Shown: positions 41,638 through 53,200 of the stretch, piece by piece | How the letters are laid out: each line of letters begins with the position of its first letter | Position numbering within the stretch: position 1 is the stretch's first letter | Source: Geosiphon pyriformis uo1 | Lineage: Eukaryota > Fungi > Glomeromycota | Length of the DNA stretch: 64,000 nucleotides | Direction of reading: 5' to 3' | NCBI GenBank assembly: GCA_016748015.1 | Contig: JAAOMT010000276.1 | Span: 639,036 to 703,035 of the forward strand | Position numbers and translations under genes: made by a program | Notes under the pieces: model-generated | Told to the model about the DNA's origin: nothing | The model's database searches: none | The model's input: the letters and a program-made list of their open reading frames with translations, nothing else

Positions 41638-43306
41638 TATATATAATATAATTTAATATTGTGTTTTTTGCTTAAAAGATAATATTGTACAAAAAATTTA
41701 TAAAAAAATTATTAATAAAATACATAAAAAATTTTATCATATTTAGCCACTTATCTTAGCATTTATTTTTTAATTCAACTGTTACAAATTAATTAAAATT
41801 GGTTAAATTGTATCAAATTTTATAATATAGATTTTTGTTTAATTTTTTTTGTAATACATTGTATATTACTGAATATTCTTATTTATCTGGTTTGTATTAT
41901 AATAATACTGTTTTTAATATTATATTAGAAGCATTTGTAATAATTATAAATTGCTTGTTATAATTTAAATAGATTAATACTAATGTTTATATTAACTTTT
42001 ATTTAAGTATTTCAAAAGCTTGTTTTTAAATATTGGTCTATTTATATTGTATATTTTTGGCTTGAAATTGGTAAAATGGCTGTATAATTATTAAAAAAAT
42101 TTTGATAAATTGTTAATAATATTTAATTGATTTCAAAAAACTTTTAAGTTTTATTAAGTTCTGAGATTTTAAAGTTTTTAATTATCTTAATTTTGTTTAA
42201 ATTAATTTTAATGCTTTTTTTTTCAATTATATGTCCTAAAAATTTGAGCTTTGTTTTTTTAAAAAAGCATTTGTTAGTATTTAATTTCAATTTAATATGT
42301 CTTAGTCTTTTGAATACTTATTGCAAATAATAAAAATATTTATTAAATATTTTTAAAAATATATTAATATTATCTAAATAGACAATTACTAATTTTTATA
42401 ATATGTTAAAGTAAACAATTTTTATTAACTATTAGAATATAATAAGTGTATTTGTTAAATTAAATGACATTATTTTAAATTTAAAGTTTTTTTTAATTAT
42501 AAATGCTGTTTTTTTTTGTTGTTTGAATTCATAATTATTGTTAATATCTACTTTTTAAGTCTAATATAGAAAATTATTTATTTTTATTAAATAAATAAAA
42601 CAATTCTTAAATTAATAATATTAAATAGCTATTGCTATAAGTAATATTATTAAGTTTGCAATAATTTACATAAAACTGAATTTTGTTATTTTTTTAAATT
42701 AATATATTAATAATAATTATGAACTTATAGACAACTAGATTAATTTATTATTTAATATTTAATTAATTTTTTTTTAATAATATTATGACTGATTAATAAT
42801 ATTTTATATGTTTTTTACTTAATTAACATAGTATTTTTAGTTTTAATCTTATATTAGATTATGTTAACTTATTATTACTTGCAAAATATTAGCATATTGT
42901 TTGAATAATACTTAAAGCTATATTTTTTGCAATTAATTTAAGTTTTTCAAGTTTATTTATTCTAATTGTTCTGGTTAAAACAAATAATATTTAATTTTTT
43001 AGATCCAAATTTGTAATATAAAATTTACATATTTATATAATTAATTAAAATTTAGAATATTGGTTGGTTAATTTTTAATTTTTAATTTTAAAATTCAATG
43101 ATAATATTAACTAGAATTTTTATGTAATTTTTTATGTTATTAAAAATTAAGATCTTAATATTTTTGTGTTTTTGGTTAATATATATAAGTTAATAATAAT
43201 AATAATAATTTTATTTTAATATCTTTTTGGTTTTGTCTCAAAAATCTGTAATTGGTTCTTAATTTTTCTAAGTATTTTTAATAAATATTTGTAATATAAT
43301 AAAATA

Positions 43307-46300
43307 AAAACATCTTTTCTCTTGTCGATCCTCTGACCATGGTAAAAACAAAAAATTTTTTGGAAAATTTGTTTTTCTTTTTTTTCCTTTGTTTCCCTAA
43401 GTTATTTTATTCAACACACTTCTTTTTGTTATAATAGAACAAGTAAGCTTGTCTGCTGGTGGTTCTGATTTGGTTTTGGCTGAGTTGAAGATTCAGTCTG
43501 GTAATAAGAAAAAAGTGCATGTTAAAAGTGTCTACTCTTATAATCTCTTATTTAAAAAGATAAAAAAGTCTAAAACTTCTGGTGTCATAGTGAATTTGTT
43601 GGCTGAACTTTTGTTTGTCAATATATTACAAGCTACTGGTGTTGAGCATATTAAATCTTAAGACAGTGAAATAAACAGTAAAGAAAACAGTGTTAATAAA
43701 GTGTTAAACATAGAGAACATAAAGAACACAGTCACTGAAAAAATAAGCTATGTTAACTCTAACATTTCTAAGACAGACAACATAATACACAATACTACTT
43801 CAAGAAAGATATATATGAGGACTTATGTATTGGGACAGCTGCCAAATGTGCCTTTTTTTGATATCTTAAATGATAATAGTGCTGAATTGGTGCTTTTGGC
43901 ACCTAAGTTTTTTGGATTTTATAAGCTACCATTGACTGAATTGTGAAATAAAAAAGTTAGAGATTTTAATTCTGCTAAATTATTCACACTAGATATTAAG
44001 CTATTGGCAATACTTGGAAAGACTAATAGTAATAAATTAATTGCAATCAAAAAAGTTTTCTATCAAATTGATGGTTTTGGTGAGGCCTTCATTCCTTCAA
44101 AATTTCCAAAAATCATTAAATTATCTTTTACATCTGAGTTTAGTTTGAATAAGACAAAGGAATTGGCAATTTGTGAAAAAATTCTTGTTAATGATAATCT
44201 AAGAAAGATAAACAACCATTTGAATCAGGAAATAATTGTTAAGAAAATTCCAGTTAATCTTTTCAAATTGGCTATAGAATCAGTTTTTTTTAAGTTTAGT
44301 AAAGTTGTGTCAATCAAGATACAATTGATTGGTTTATGGCAAAAGACTTTGGTAGAATATGAATCATCTAAGATAGCTGATTTAATTGCAGCTAGATAGT
44401 CTGTTTTCATGGGAAAAAATTCTGTTCATGTGGCAAAGACAATTGGTAATAAACAAACATGAGTGTTTAGAAACCAGCATTAGGCTTTGTTGTATATGCT
44501 TTTAGTTGGCACCATTGCTCATAATTTATCTGATTTGTTGGTTTCTTATGGTGAAAAAACTTGTATTATTGGCCATAATCCAAATTTATATGTGCATAAT
44601 AGGTGTGCTATAATGTGTTTTGAAAATAAGACAACCAAATTGGCTGCTATTGGCTCTATTCCAGTATTTAAGAATGTAAATTTGTGCTGGGCTGGTCTCT
44701 CTTTGGCCTGTTGTGCTTGATGTAAACAATTTGGTTATATATTGGTTGGTTGTATAGTGGGTGAGAATCCTGGTGGTCATAATAAGCAGGTGGTAACTTC
44801 TCAAAATTGTGTTTGTTTGGCCAACATTTATAAGAAAAAACAGATGTCTATTGCTCATCTGGTTTTTTTTGGTGACAAGACTTGGGTCCAGATTACTGGT
44901 AGTTTTTCCTCTTGTGTGATCTTGTTGAATTCTTTTAGTACTGGTTTGTCTTCAGATGTGAAACTCATCTCAATGGTTTCCAATCCTCTTAGTGATTTCT
45001 GTTTGGTTAATTGTTTGGCTTCTTTAAAATGCTTTTTAGAGCTTTTGGCAGATTAGGTTTCTGTTATTATGAAAAAATTGAGCTTTGTGGAATTGGTGCT
45101 CTTGGTGTTCAAGTTTTGTGTATTTTTTCTGGTCGCTCTAGTGTTTTTGGCTTCTAATTTGGATTTGAATATGGCTCTAGATGATATGTTGGTGTCTTTT
45201 GCCCCCCTTTTTTTGGTTATTGCAGATACAGTTATTGACTTTAGCTCAAGTAGTTCTAAGGTTTTAACCACTAAAGTGGATGAGTTGGAATCCAAAATGG
45301 TGGCTTTAAAAGTGTCAGTTGAATCAGTTTTGGAAAGGTTGAACCACTTGTGCTCTGGTTTGGGTTTGTCAGCTCCTCTTATTCCTTAATGAGTGATTTT
45401 GTGTAGAAAATTGTTATGTGTAATGTTTGTAGTATCAATGTTCCTGCCAAGCAGGAGAATGTTATCCATTGGCATAGAGATTCTAGAAATTTGGCTTTAA
45501 TAGTTATAGAGACAAAATTGAGGTCTAACAGTAGGCCATAAATTAAGGATAAGTTTAATAAGATCAGGATTTTTTCATTTGGGTTAAACAAGAGTGCTGA
45601 AGTAATAATTATCATGAATACTTCTCTGGTTCATCATGTGTATAAGGTTTTTGAAATGCCTGGTTGGCTCCTTTCTGTCAAGTTGCTTTTTAAGAATAAA
45701 CTTTCTGTTTCAATTTTGGAGCTTTATGCTGGTGCTTTTCTGGTTGTTCATTTTTCCCAGACTGGTAAAATTAATTCTCTGATAGCTAAGACTGTAAATG
45801 AGTCTTCTTTTGTTGTCTTAGGTGGGGATTTTAATGAGTACAGTTCACACAGATATGCAAGTTTTAAGAAATGTTTCAATTTGGAGCTGGTCAATTCTTT
45901 GTTAGAAAGTCAAATTGTGAAGAATTCTACATAAAAAAATTTGAGAAATGTGAAAAAGACAATTAATTATGTGTTTATTTCTTCAAATTTGGTTAATATG
46001 ATAGTAGATCATAATATTGTGGATGCTAGTAAACATTTTGACATTAATTACTAAGTAGTTTTTATGTTTGTAAGTTTGAATGGGCTTTTGAATGTGTAGT
46101 TAAACTCTATTTACAGGCAAGCTAATAGGAACCAATGGAAATTTGATTTTAAAAGTGCTAATGATACAAAGTGAAACAATTTTAAAGACATCACAACAGC
46201 CAATGCAGCAATGTTCTCTGACAAGTTCATAGTTTCTATAAAGTTTCTAGATCTAGATGCAATGTGGGATGTTGTTTACAAGATAATGACTCTTTCAGCT

Positions 46301-49300
46301 AATAAAATATTCAAAAAGAAATAATTCAGAAACTATAATGATGTTTTCATTAAGGATTCTTTTAGGTTTTATAAACTGGAGCTTTTGGTTTTAAGAATTG
46401 TTAAAGCTTCTTGTAAAGAGAGTTTTGACAGGTTTGTTTTTCTTATGAAGTGCTAGAATTCTTTGAACAGTATTAAGGCTTTGGTTATTTAGAATCTTGT
46501 GGACTCTGATGTGAATTTTGATTGTGTGCATTTGGCTCTTTTCAGTGTGAAGAAATTTTATTGTGCCTCTAAGCTTGCTGAGTCTTTGTAAGCTAAGAAA
46601 TTAGGAATTAGGTCAACTATTAATAAAAAAATGGATAATTTTGTGGTCAATAAGAGTCATACAATCAGAAGTGTGCTGAAGCATCCTTTTTAAAAGGTAG
46701 TTTTAAACTATCTGGTAGTTGAGAATGAATTGATTCTAAAACTTGAACTGGTTAAGACCAAAGTTAATTCAATTATAGAGGGCTAGACTAAGAAGTGTGA
46801 AGTGAAGACTAATTTCTCTGATAAATAATCTCATCAATATTAGCTGTTGAAGTACATTTTTGATGATGTTTTTTCAAATATAATAGGTCTGATTGGCTTT
46901 GATGAATTGTTTGGTGTGGTTTTTAATTTGTTTGATAATAAGGCTGCTGGTCTTTCTGAAATCTCAAATGAGCTCTAAAAACATTGTAATAGAATAGTTT
47001 TGGATATGTTTTTGGCTTTTTGAATTCTTGTTTGTTTTGTGAGTTAGTGTTTCATGCTTAGAAAGAAGCTTGGGTCTTAATAATTTCTAAGTCTTACAAG
47101 TGGAAGAGCATTCTCACTAATACTTAGCCAATTGCTTTAATTGAGACAGCTCATAAAATCTTTTCCAAGATTTTCTCAAACAGGATCTTGTTAGCATATA
47201 GTATTTTTAATGTTTTATGTGGGGACAATTTTTCAGTTTTAAAGGGTACAATAACACAATCTCTTATTTTTGCCATTGGTTCAGTCATTGAAGATGCTTT
47301 GGAAAAGAATTGTGAACTCTGGTTGGTTCTGTAAAACATGAGAAAGGCCTATAACTTTGTTAGATAAGAACATCTTAGAAAAAACTTAGTTAGAATAAAA
47401 ATGTGTAACAAGTTTATTAGGTTTTTTGGTGGTATTTACAATAATCATGTCAATAGGGTTATGATGAATTTTGGATTAACAAATAGATATTAGGTACATG
47501 ACAATTTAGACCAGGAAGAAGTGTTTTTATCACTTTTTTGGCACATATTTTATAATTCCCTTCTGTGTGAAGTTAAGAAACAGGAAAGTGTATATGGATA
47601 CAGGCTAAACTCTTATTATATTGCCAGGATGAGTTGTTTGAAATCTCAAGTTGGATTGACATCTTTTCTTACTGCTAATGTTTTTGTTAATGACACAATT
47701 TGGATTGGTAGTAGCCAAACTACAATCCAACACATTCTTAATGTTGTTAGTAAATTTTTTTGGATCAATAACATTTCTATCAATAATAATAAGATGATGG
47801 TCATTTCTATTAATTGCAAATTTGCTTGCCCTAATTTGTCAATTAATGGTTCACTTATTTTCATTGCCAAAAGGGACAAGTCTTATCACTACTTGGGTAT
47901 TTTTTTGTCAACTAAGAGTTTGTTGAAATCTAGCTTGGCTAAAACACATTTTGATATTTGTTTTTTTGCCAAATTTGTTCTGAAGAAAGCTGTTTGTAAT
48001 AAGCAATTTTTATATTTGGTGTTAATGGTTCTTTTTTCTATTATCAGTTACAGAATACAATTCAGCTTTGTTTCTATTAATGTGTACAATAAGTGAGATG
48101 TTTTGATCCATAAGAGCTTGAAGTTAAAATCCAGTCTGCCTCTCAATTTTTCCAATGATACACTCTGTTATCCTTTGTTGTATGGTTTAAAAACTTTTGA
48201 ACAGGTTCAAGCTGAGAACAAAGTGGCTTCTATAATGTGTTTTGCAAACTTTATTAGAATTTTAGGTCATTTGTTTTTGCACTGGTCTTATGACTTGCAA
48301 GTTCTGTCTTGAAGTCTACTTTACTCTTTGGTTTCCCCTGCTCATATTAGAATCAGTGCTTTTAATAATTTTTTGGCAGATGTGGTTTGTATTTTTCTTG
48401 GGTGTGGATTGTCTTTGAGTGGTTATATGAACAGTTTTTTCTGTTTTTGTGATGGAACTCTTATGTTATCAGTTCTTGGCGAGTCTGAATTTTTTAAGTT
48501 TCTTGTGTCTTTTCAGTGCTATAATATTGCTTTTGTGAAGCAGTTTTGCTGTAAGGATAGTTCTGTTTTTGATTGGAAAACATTCAAGCATTAGAAAAAA
48601 TTGAATTTACATGGCTCTATTCCTAACTGGTTTGGGTGTTCTGTTAACTTCCTTAATGATGTGGCTTCTCCTCCCACTTGCTTGGCTTCTTTGGGTGTTT
48701 CTAAACCCTTAAATGTTTTAAAGACTGGTGAATTTATGCTTGTACATAATTGTTTGTTGGATGTTACAGCTAACAGCCTTTCTGTCTATACTGATAGATC
48801 TCTAAAGAACTTGGAAAGTGTAAATGTTAGGGCTGATGCAGTGGTTTACTTTGAGGATATTGACATGGACTTGAGAGTCAGAGTTTCAGGTCTGATGTCT
48901 TCTATTCTGGTAGAATTATAGACTGTAGTATTGGCTCATGAGTATGTTTCCTTTCTTAGCTTGGTTCACTTTTTTACAAACAGTTAGACTGCTTTGGATG
49001 TGTGCAAATTGGATTTGGGTCTAGTGCATCTGGATTTTTGGAATTAGTATTGTGTTGAGCATTAGCACATAATGCATATTGTTCAAAAAAAAATTTAAAT
49101 ATTAGTTGACACAAAGTAAAAAAACATTTAAGTGTCTTAAATAATGTGCATGCTAATATGTTTGCTAATGCAGCTTTTCTTTTTTCATGGTGTCTTCCTC
49201 TCTAGTTGGATGAATATTACATTTTGGCTGAAGGTAGTATTGTTTTTGACAATTCTAAGCATTTTGTTTGTGAGATCTTTTAGTTTATTTATTATGTACA

Positions 49301-50197
49301 TTGAGAAGTCAGTTCTGGTTTTAGGGTTCTGAATAGTAGTTTGCTGTTGGATGTTAATTAGTATAGCTTATCTTTAGTGTGGCATTCCAATTTGCACATG
49401 GCTGCTGGTTTTACTAGTAGGCTAACTGTTGGTGTCTATATATATTTTATGAAGGCTTTACACCATCAGCTGTCAGTTGTTGTTTGGAAACACCTGTATA
49501 ACAGAAGTTACTCCAGTGTGTTATGTTTGTATTGTGGTGATATTGAAATCTCAGATCATTTTTTTTCTTGTGTGGTTGATGATTCTGTTTACTGCCAATT
49601 GTTGGATGCTTATGCGGTTGCTTGGAGTGTACTTTTTAATCTTCTTTGCTCTTTTTCATGTGTGTCTCAGTTGCTGTCCTCATGTGTTTTAAATAAGACA
49701 GTATGTATGGCTTTTTGCAAAGGCTTTGTCTTTAATAATTGGTTTCAAGAGACTGTGTTTGTTTTTGGGTATGCAGAGATTGCAGGTTGGAAGATTGTAA
49801 ACTTTGTACATAATTTTTGCTTTGTTTTTAGAGATAAGGTTTGGGTTGTCTATGCTAAACACTATGTATTTATGGAAAAGAATAGACTAATACTATATGA
49901 TAGTTTAGCCCTGGTTTTAGTTTCTGGGCTGCTCTTGATGCTTTCTGCTGGTGTGGTTAGATTGCTTAGTATTGTTGAGGCATTCAATATTAACTTTGGG
50001 TTTTGTAAATCTTGCTTGTTTTTTTTGGGTATTGGAGATTCTGTTTCTGTTTATATAGGTGCTTAGTGTTGTTTTAATCAGCTTAAGTGGCTGGTTATGT
50101 GTAAAAAATACATGATTTATGCCTAATTTAGATCAATTATTTGATGTATTGTACTAAATAGTGTTTGAACTTTGCTCATTAAATGTTAAAAAAAAAT
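43307..50197 (+). mobile_element. LINE-4: full-length degenerate LINE (distinct 5' UTR and ORF1 subfamily) inserted in the Gypsy pol upstream of RT
   Basis: 5' aaaacatcttttctcttgtc. ORF1 about 43449-45392. ORF2 45389-50066 with endonuclease, RT (FVND), RNase H (VYTDRS) and CLYCGDIEISDH. 3' UTR, poly(A) and TSD-like aataaaataaaaa on both sides. Confidence 0.9.
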
Positions 50198-50228
50198 AAA
50201 AATAAAAATAAAAATAAAAACAATGAAT

Positions 50229-53200
50229 AAAAAACTTTTTTTCTTTTTTATATTCTAAATTTTCTAAAAAGCATATTTTTAAAGAAGTTTTTTTTTTATT
50301 CAATATTTTTCAACTTAATAACTTTTTTGTTGTGAACTTGAAAATTATTTTAAGTAATAGTATGTTTAAGAAGAAAGCATCTAAAAAAGCTTTTTATGGT
50401 CTTGCTAATGGTTTTTTTGTTCAGAAAAAAAGGATAGTTTTTGACAATATCAAATATTTTGATAATAAAAAAAATATATCTTTGGTTAAATTTGATCTTA
50501 TTAGTGTTTATTCAAATTTAGACAATAAGTTTAGTGGTAATAAAGATAGTAATATTATAAAAGATGTTGATAATAAATCTCTTTTAGATTTGGCTGCTGT
50601 TACTTTTAAAGCCAAAAAAGTTATTAATAGTATGAATTGTGACTTTTTTCTAGGTTTTTTTAAATTTGATATTGAAAAAAAAATTGGTTTCTTTTTTTTT
50701 CTTCTCAATATCCTCTTTGACAAAAAATGGATTAACTTTAAGATAATAAAAACTTTAAGTAAAATGGCCATTAAAAAATCTTGCTTTAGATATTAATCTG
50801 TTAGCAATAGAAGACAAATCAGCAATGGCTAAAATACAGACAATTAAAAATTTTTTTTTAACAATTAATAATTCTAAAAGAGCCACCACTTTTTTAAAAT
50901 TTGAAAAAATCATTAGATTAACATTTACATCAAAAAAATATGAATAAGACTGTATTGTTAGCTAAAAAAAAGAAATCAAAGTAAACAATGATTTTAAAAG
51001 ACAAAAAATTAGATCAGATTAGACTATAATAATAATAAAAATTCCCATAAATATACAAAAAAAGATGATTATTACTGCAGTAGCCAAATATAATCAAATT
51101 GTGTCAATCAAATTGCAACTTATTGGGCTATAACAGAAGGCTGTGATAGAGTTTGCTAAATTAAATTAAACAAATCAGTTGGCATCTAATTGGTTATTTT
51201 TAATTGGTAAAGACTCAGTATGTGTGACAAAAGCTGTGAGAAATTGAGATGTTTAGATGTTTAAGAATTGTTTCAAAATGCTCTGGTTTACTTTGTCTGT
51301 AAAAACAACTGTATATAATTTTGGCACTCTTTTAAAAAAAACTGGTGAAAAAACTTATATCATCAATTAATTATTAAAAACTGACAATAGGATTTGCTGT
51401 ACTGTGGTTGGCTTTGGATTAGAAATAAAGTTGAAGTTAGTCTTTTACATAAGGCTTATTCTAAATGGCATTAAGTTTTCTTGGACTAGAATATATCTGA
51501 TTTATTGTAAAAAATGTAAGCATTTTAGACATTTCACTCTGGAATGTAATATATCTAATGTTTCTGTGTTTTTGTTTCCTAAGATATTTAAAAAATCAGT
51601 TTTAAGTAAGAATTATTTTTAGTTTGCAAAGTTGTATGCCAAGAAGTGTGTTTTTATTTTTTATTTTGCTGTTTTTGGTGGCAAATTTTGGGTACAGATA
51701 GTTTTATTTACTGCTTTTTTTGATAATATTTACTCTAGTTCTAGTTTTGAATTTCTTTTTTTTAGTTTGTTACATGTTAAAAAAAATTTTTGGTTGATTA
51801 AGATAATTTATTTATTGGTGCTTATTTGGCTTTTTTGGAATACTCTTTAGAGTTTTTGGCTAATCAAGTATTATGTACAGATTAAACAATATAAATTTGG
51901 TGTCTTTGGCATTTGTTTTTTATTTTCTTTTTTCTGTTGTGTCTGTATTACTAATTTCAAATTTGGATTTGAATATGGTTTTGAATAATTTACTAATATT
52001 GTCTTTTTTATCTTTATTAGTTGCAAAAGATAAGTTTTTGGATTTGGGTTTGAGTAGTTCAAAGATTTTAATTATTAAGATTAATGGCTTAAAATTGAAG
52101 ATAATTGCTCTTGAAATCTTTATTAATTCAGTTTTGAAAAGATTAGATCAAATGTATTTTGGCTTGGGTTTTACATTGCTTTTTTTATTTTAATGATTAA
52201 TTTAGTATAAAAGTTTGCTACATGTAATGTTTAAGGTATTAATGTTTCTATTAAATAAGAAGATATTATTTATTGGCATACAAAATTAGATAATATGGTT
52301 TTTATAATCACAAAAACAAAATTAAAGTCTAACATTAAGCCATAGATTATAAACAAATTTAATAATATATGAGTTTTTACATTTAGTTTGAATAAAAATT
52401 TTCTTGGAGTTAGAATGACTATTATCATAAACAATTCTTTGGCTTAATATGTCTCTAGGATAGAAAAAATTTCTAGTTATATTGTTTTAGTGTGGCTTTT
52501 TTTCAAAAGCAAATTCTTAATTATGGTTTTGGGTTTGTATGCTAGCACTTCTGTTAAAGCTAGGTTTAATTAGACTTTGAAAATCAACTTTTTTATTGTT
52601 AAGACAATTAACTCCAGCAATTTTGTGGTTATAGGTAAAAACTTCAATAAAAATAAATCCAAAAAAAGTGTAAATTTTAAGTTTTGTTTGGATTTGGGTT
52701 TGGTCAACTTGTTTAATGAACATTTATTGGTTAAAGCCTTCAGTTAAAGCAATTTAAAAAGTGCTAAAAAGATTATTAATTACATTTTTGTAAGTGAAAG
52801 CTTGTTTTTTGTAGTTGCTAATTATAAAATTAAATCAGTATCTGATTTTTTTAATACTAACTACAAAGTGGTTTTAGTGATAATAAATCTAAGTGGCTTA
52901 CTAAATGTTTATTTAAATAGTCTGTGCAAGCAAGCTAATAAGTATTGCTAAAAATTTAAAATCAAAAATGTAAATAGTACAAAGTAAACACAATTTAGAA
53001 AATATTCTTTTGCTAGATATGTGTTAATAACAAATAAGTTTTCAGAAGCAAAAGCTTATAAAAATTTAGATAATATATGGAAACTGTTAAAACAGTTGTC
53101 AACTGTCTGTAAGAAGTACAGGAAATCCAAATTATACAAGTCAAAATTTGTTAAAGAAGCAGCTATTAGAAAAGTGATCAAAAAATACATGGAAAATTTT

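Larger units (their letters stand above)
27055..41861 (-). mobile_element. Tc1/IS630 (DD34E) DNA transposon relic, about 1.27 kb when rejoined, split by LINE-2 and LINE-3
   Basis: 31-bp TIRs at 27055-27085 and 41831-41861 (26/31 identical, all differences transitions) with TA flanks. Transposase relic on minus: FSNK (FSDE, about 34433-34444), *QNNNSKH (QQDNDPKH, 34178-34201), W...NLNFIKNL* (WPSNSPDLNPIENLW, about 34080-34125). D-to-E spacing is 104 nt versus 105 expected for D34E. Confidence 0.85.
17414..43306 (-). mobile_element. Ty3/Gypsy LTR retrotransposon relic, fragmented by Tc1 and LINE insertions; 5' part not seen before the gap
   Basis: Minus-strand decayed motifs in Gypsy order: RT KIQFYVNYCKLN, FSILDLKSRY*Q (42544-42573), MSFNLTNT, VYLDN (42369-42380, from YLDD); RNase H TNAS...VIYTS*NLSLAKN (from DAS...AYASRSLSPAEKN); integrase CNICQ, LFD*IKIDLIRLL, MNYFIK*P, YHL*TNNLIKKFN (26120-26750); C-terminal FKIKNKV...KFNLK*NKLFYI (about 19050-19200). 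Decayed PPT at 18176-18189 and 3' LTR at 17414-18175. Confidence 0.85.

Noticed and set aside
19662-47879. Many 60-140 aa ORFs antisense to the LINEs
   Set aside because: Shadow frames of LINE ORF1/ORF2 with no independent motifs.
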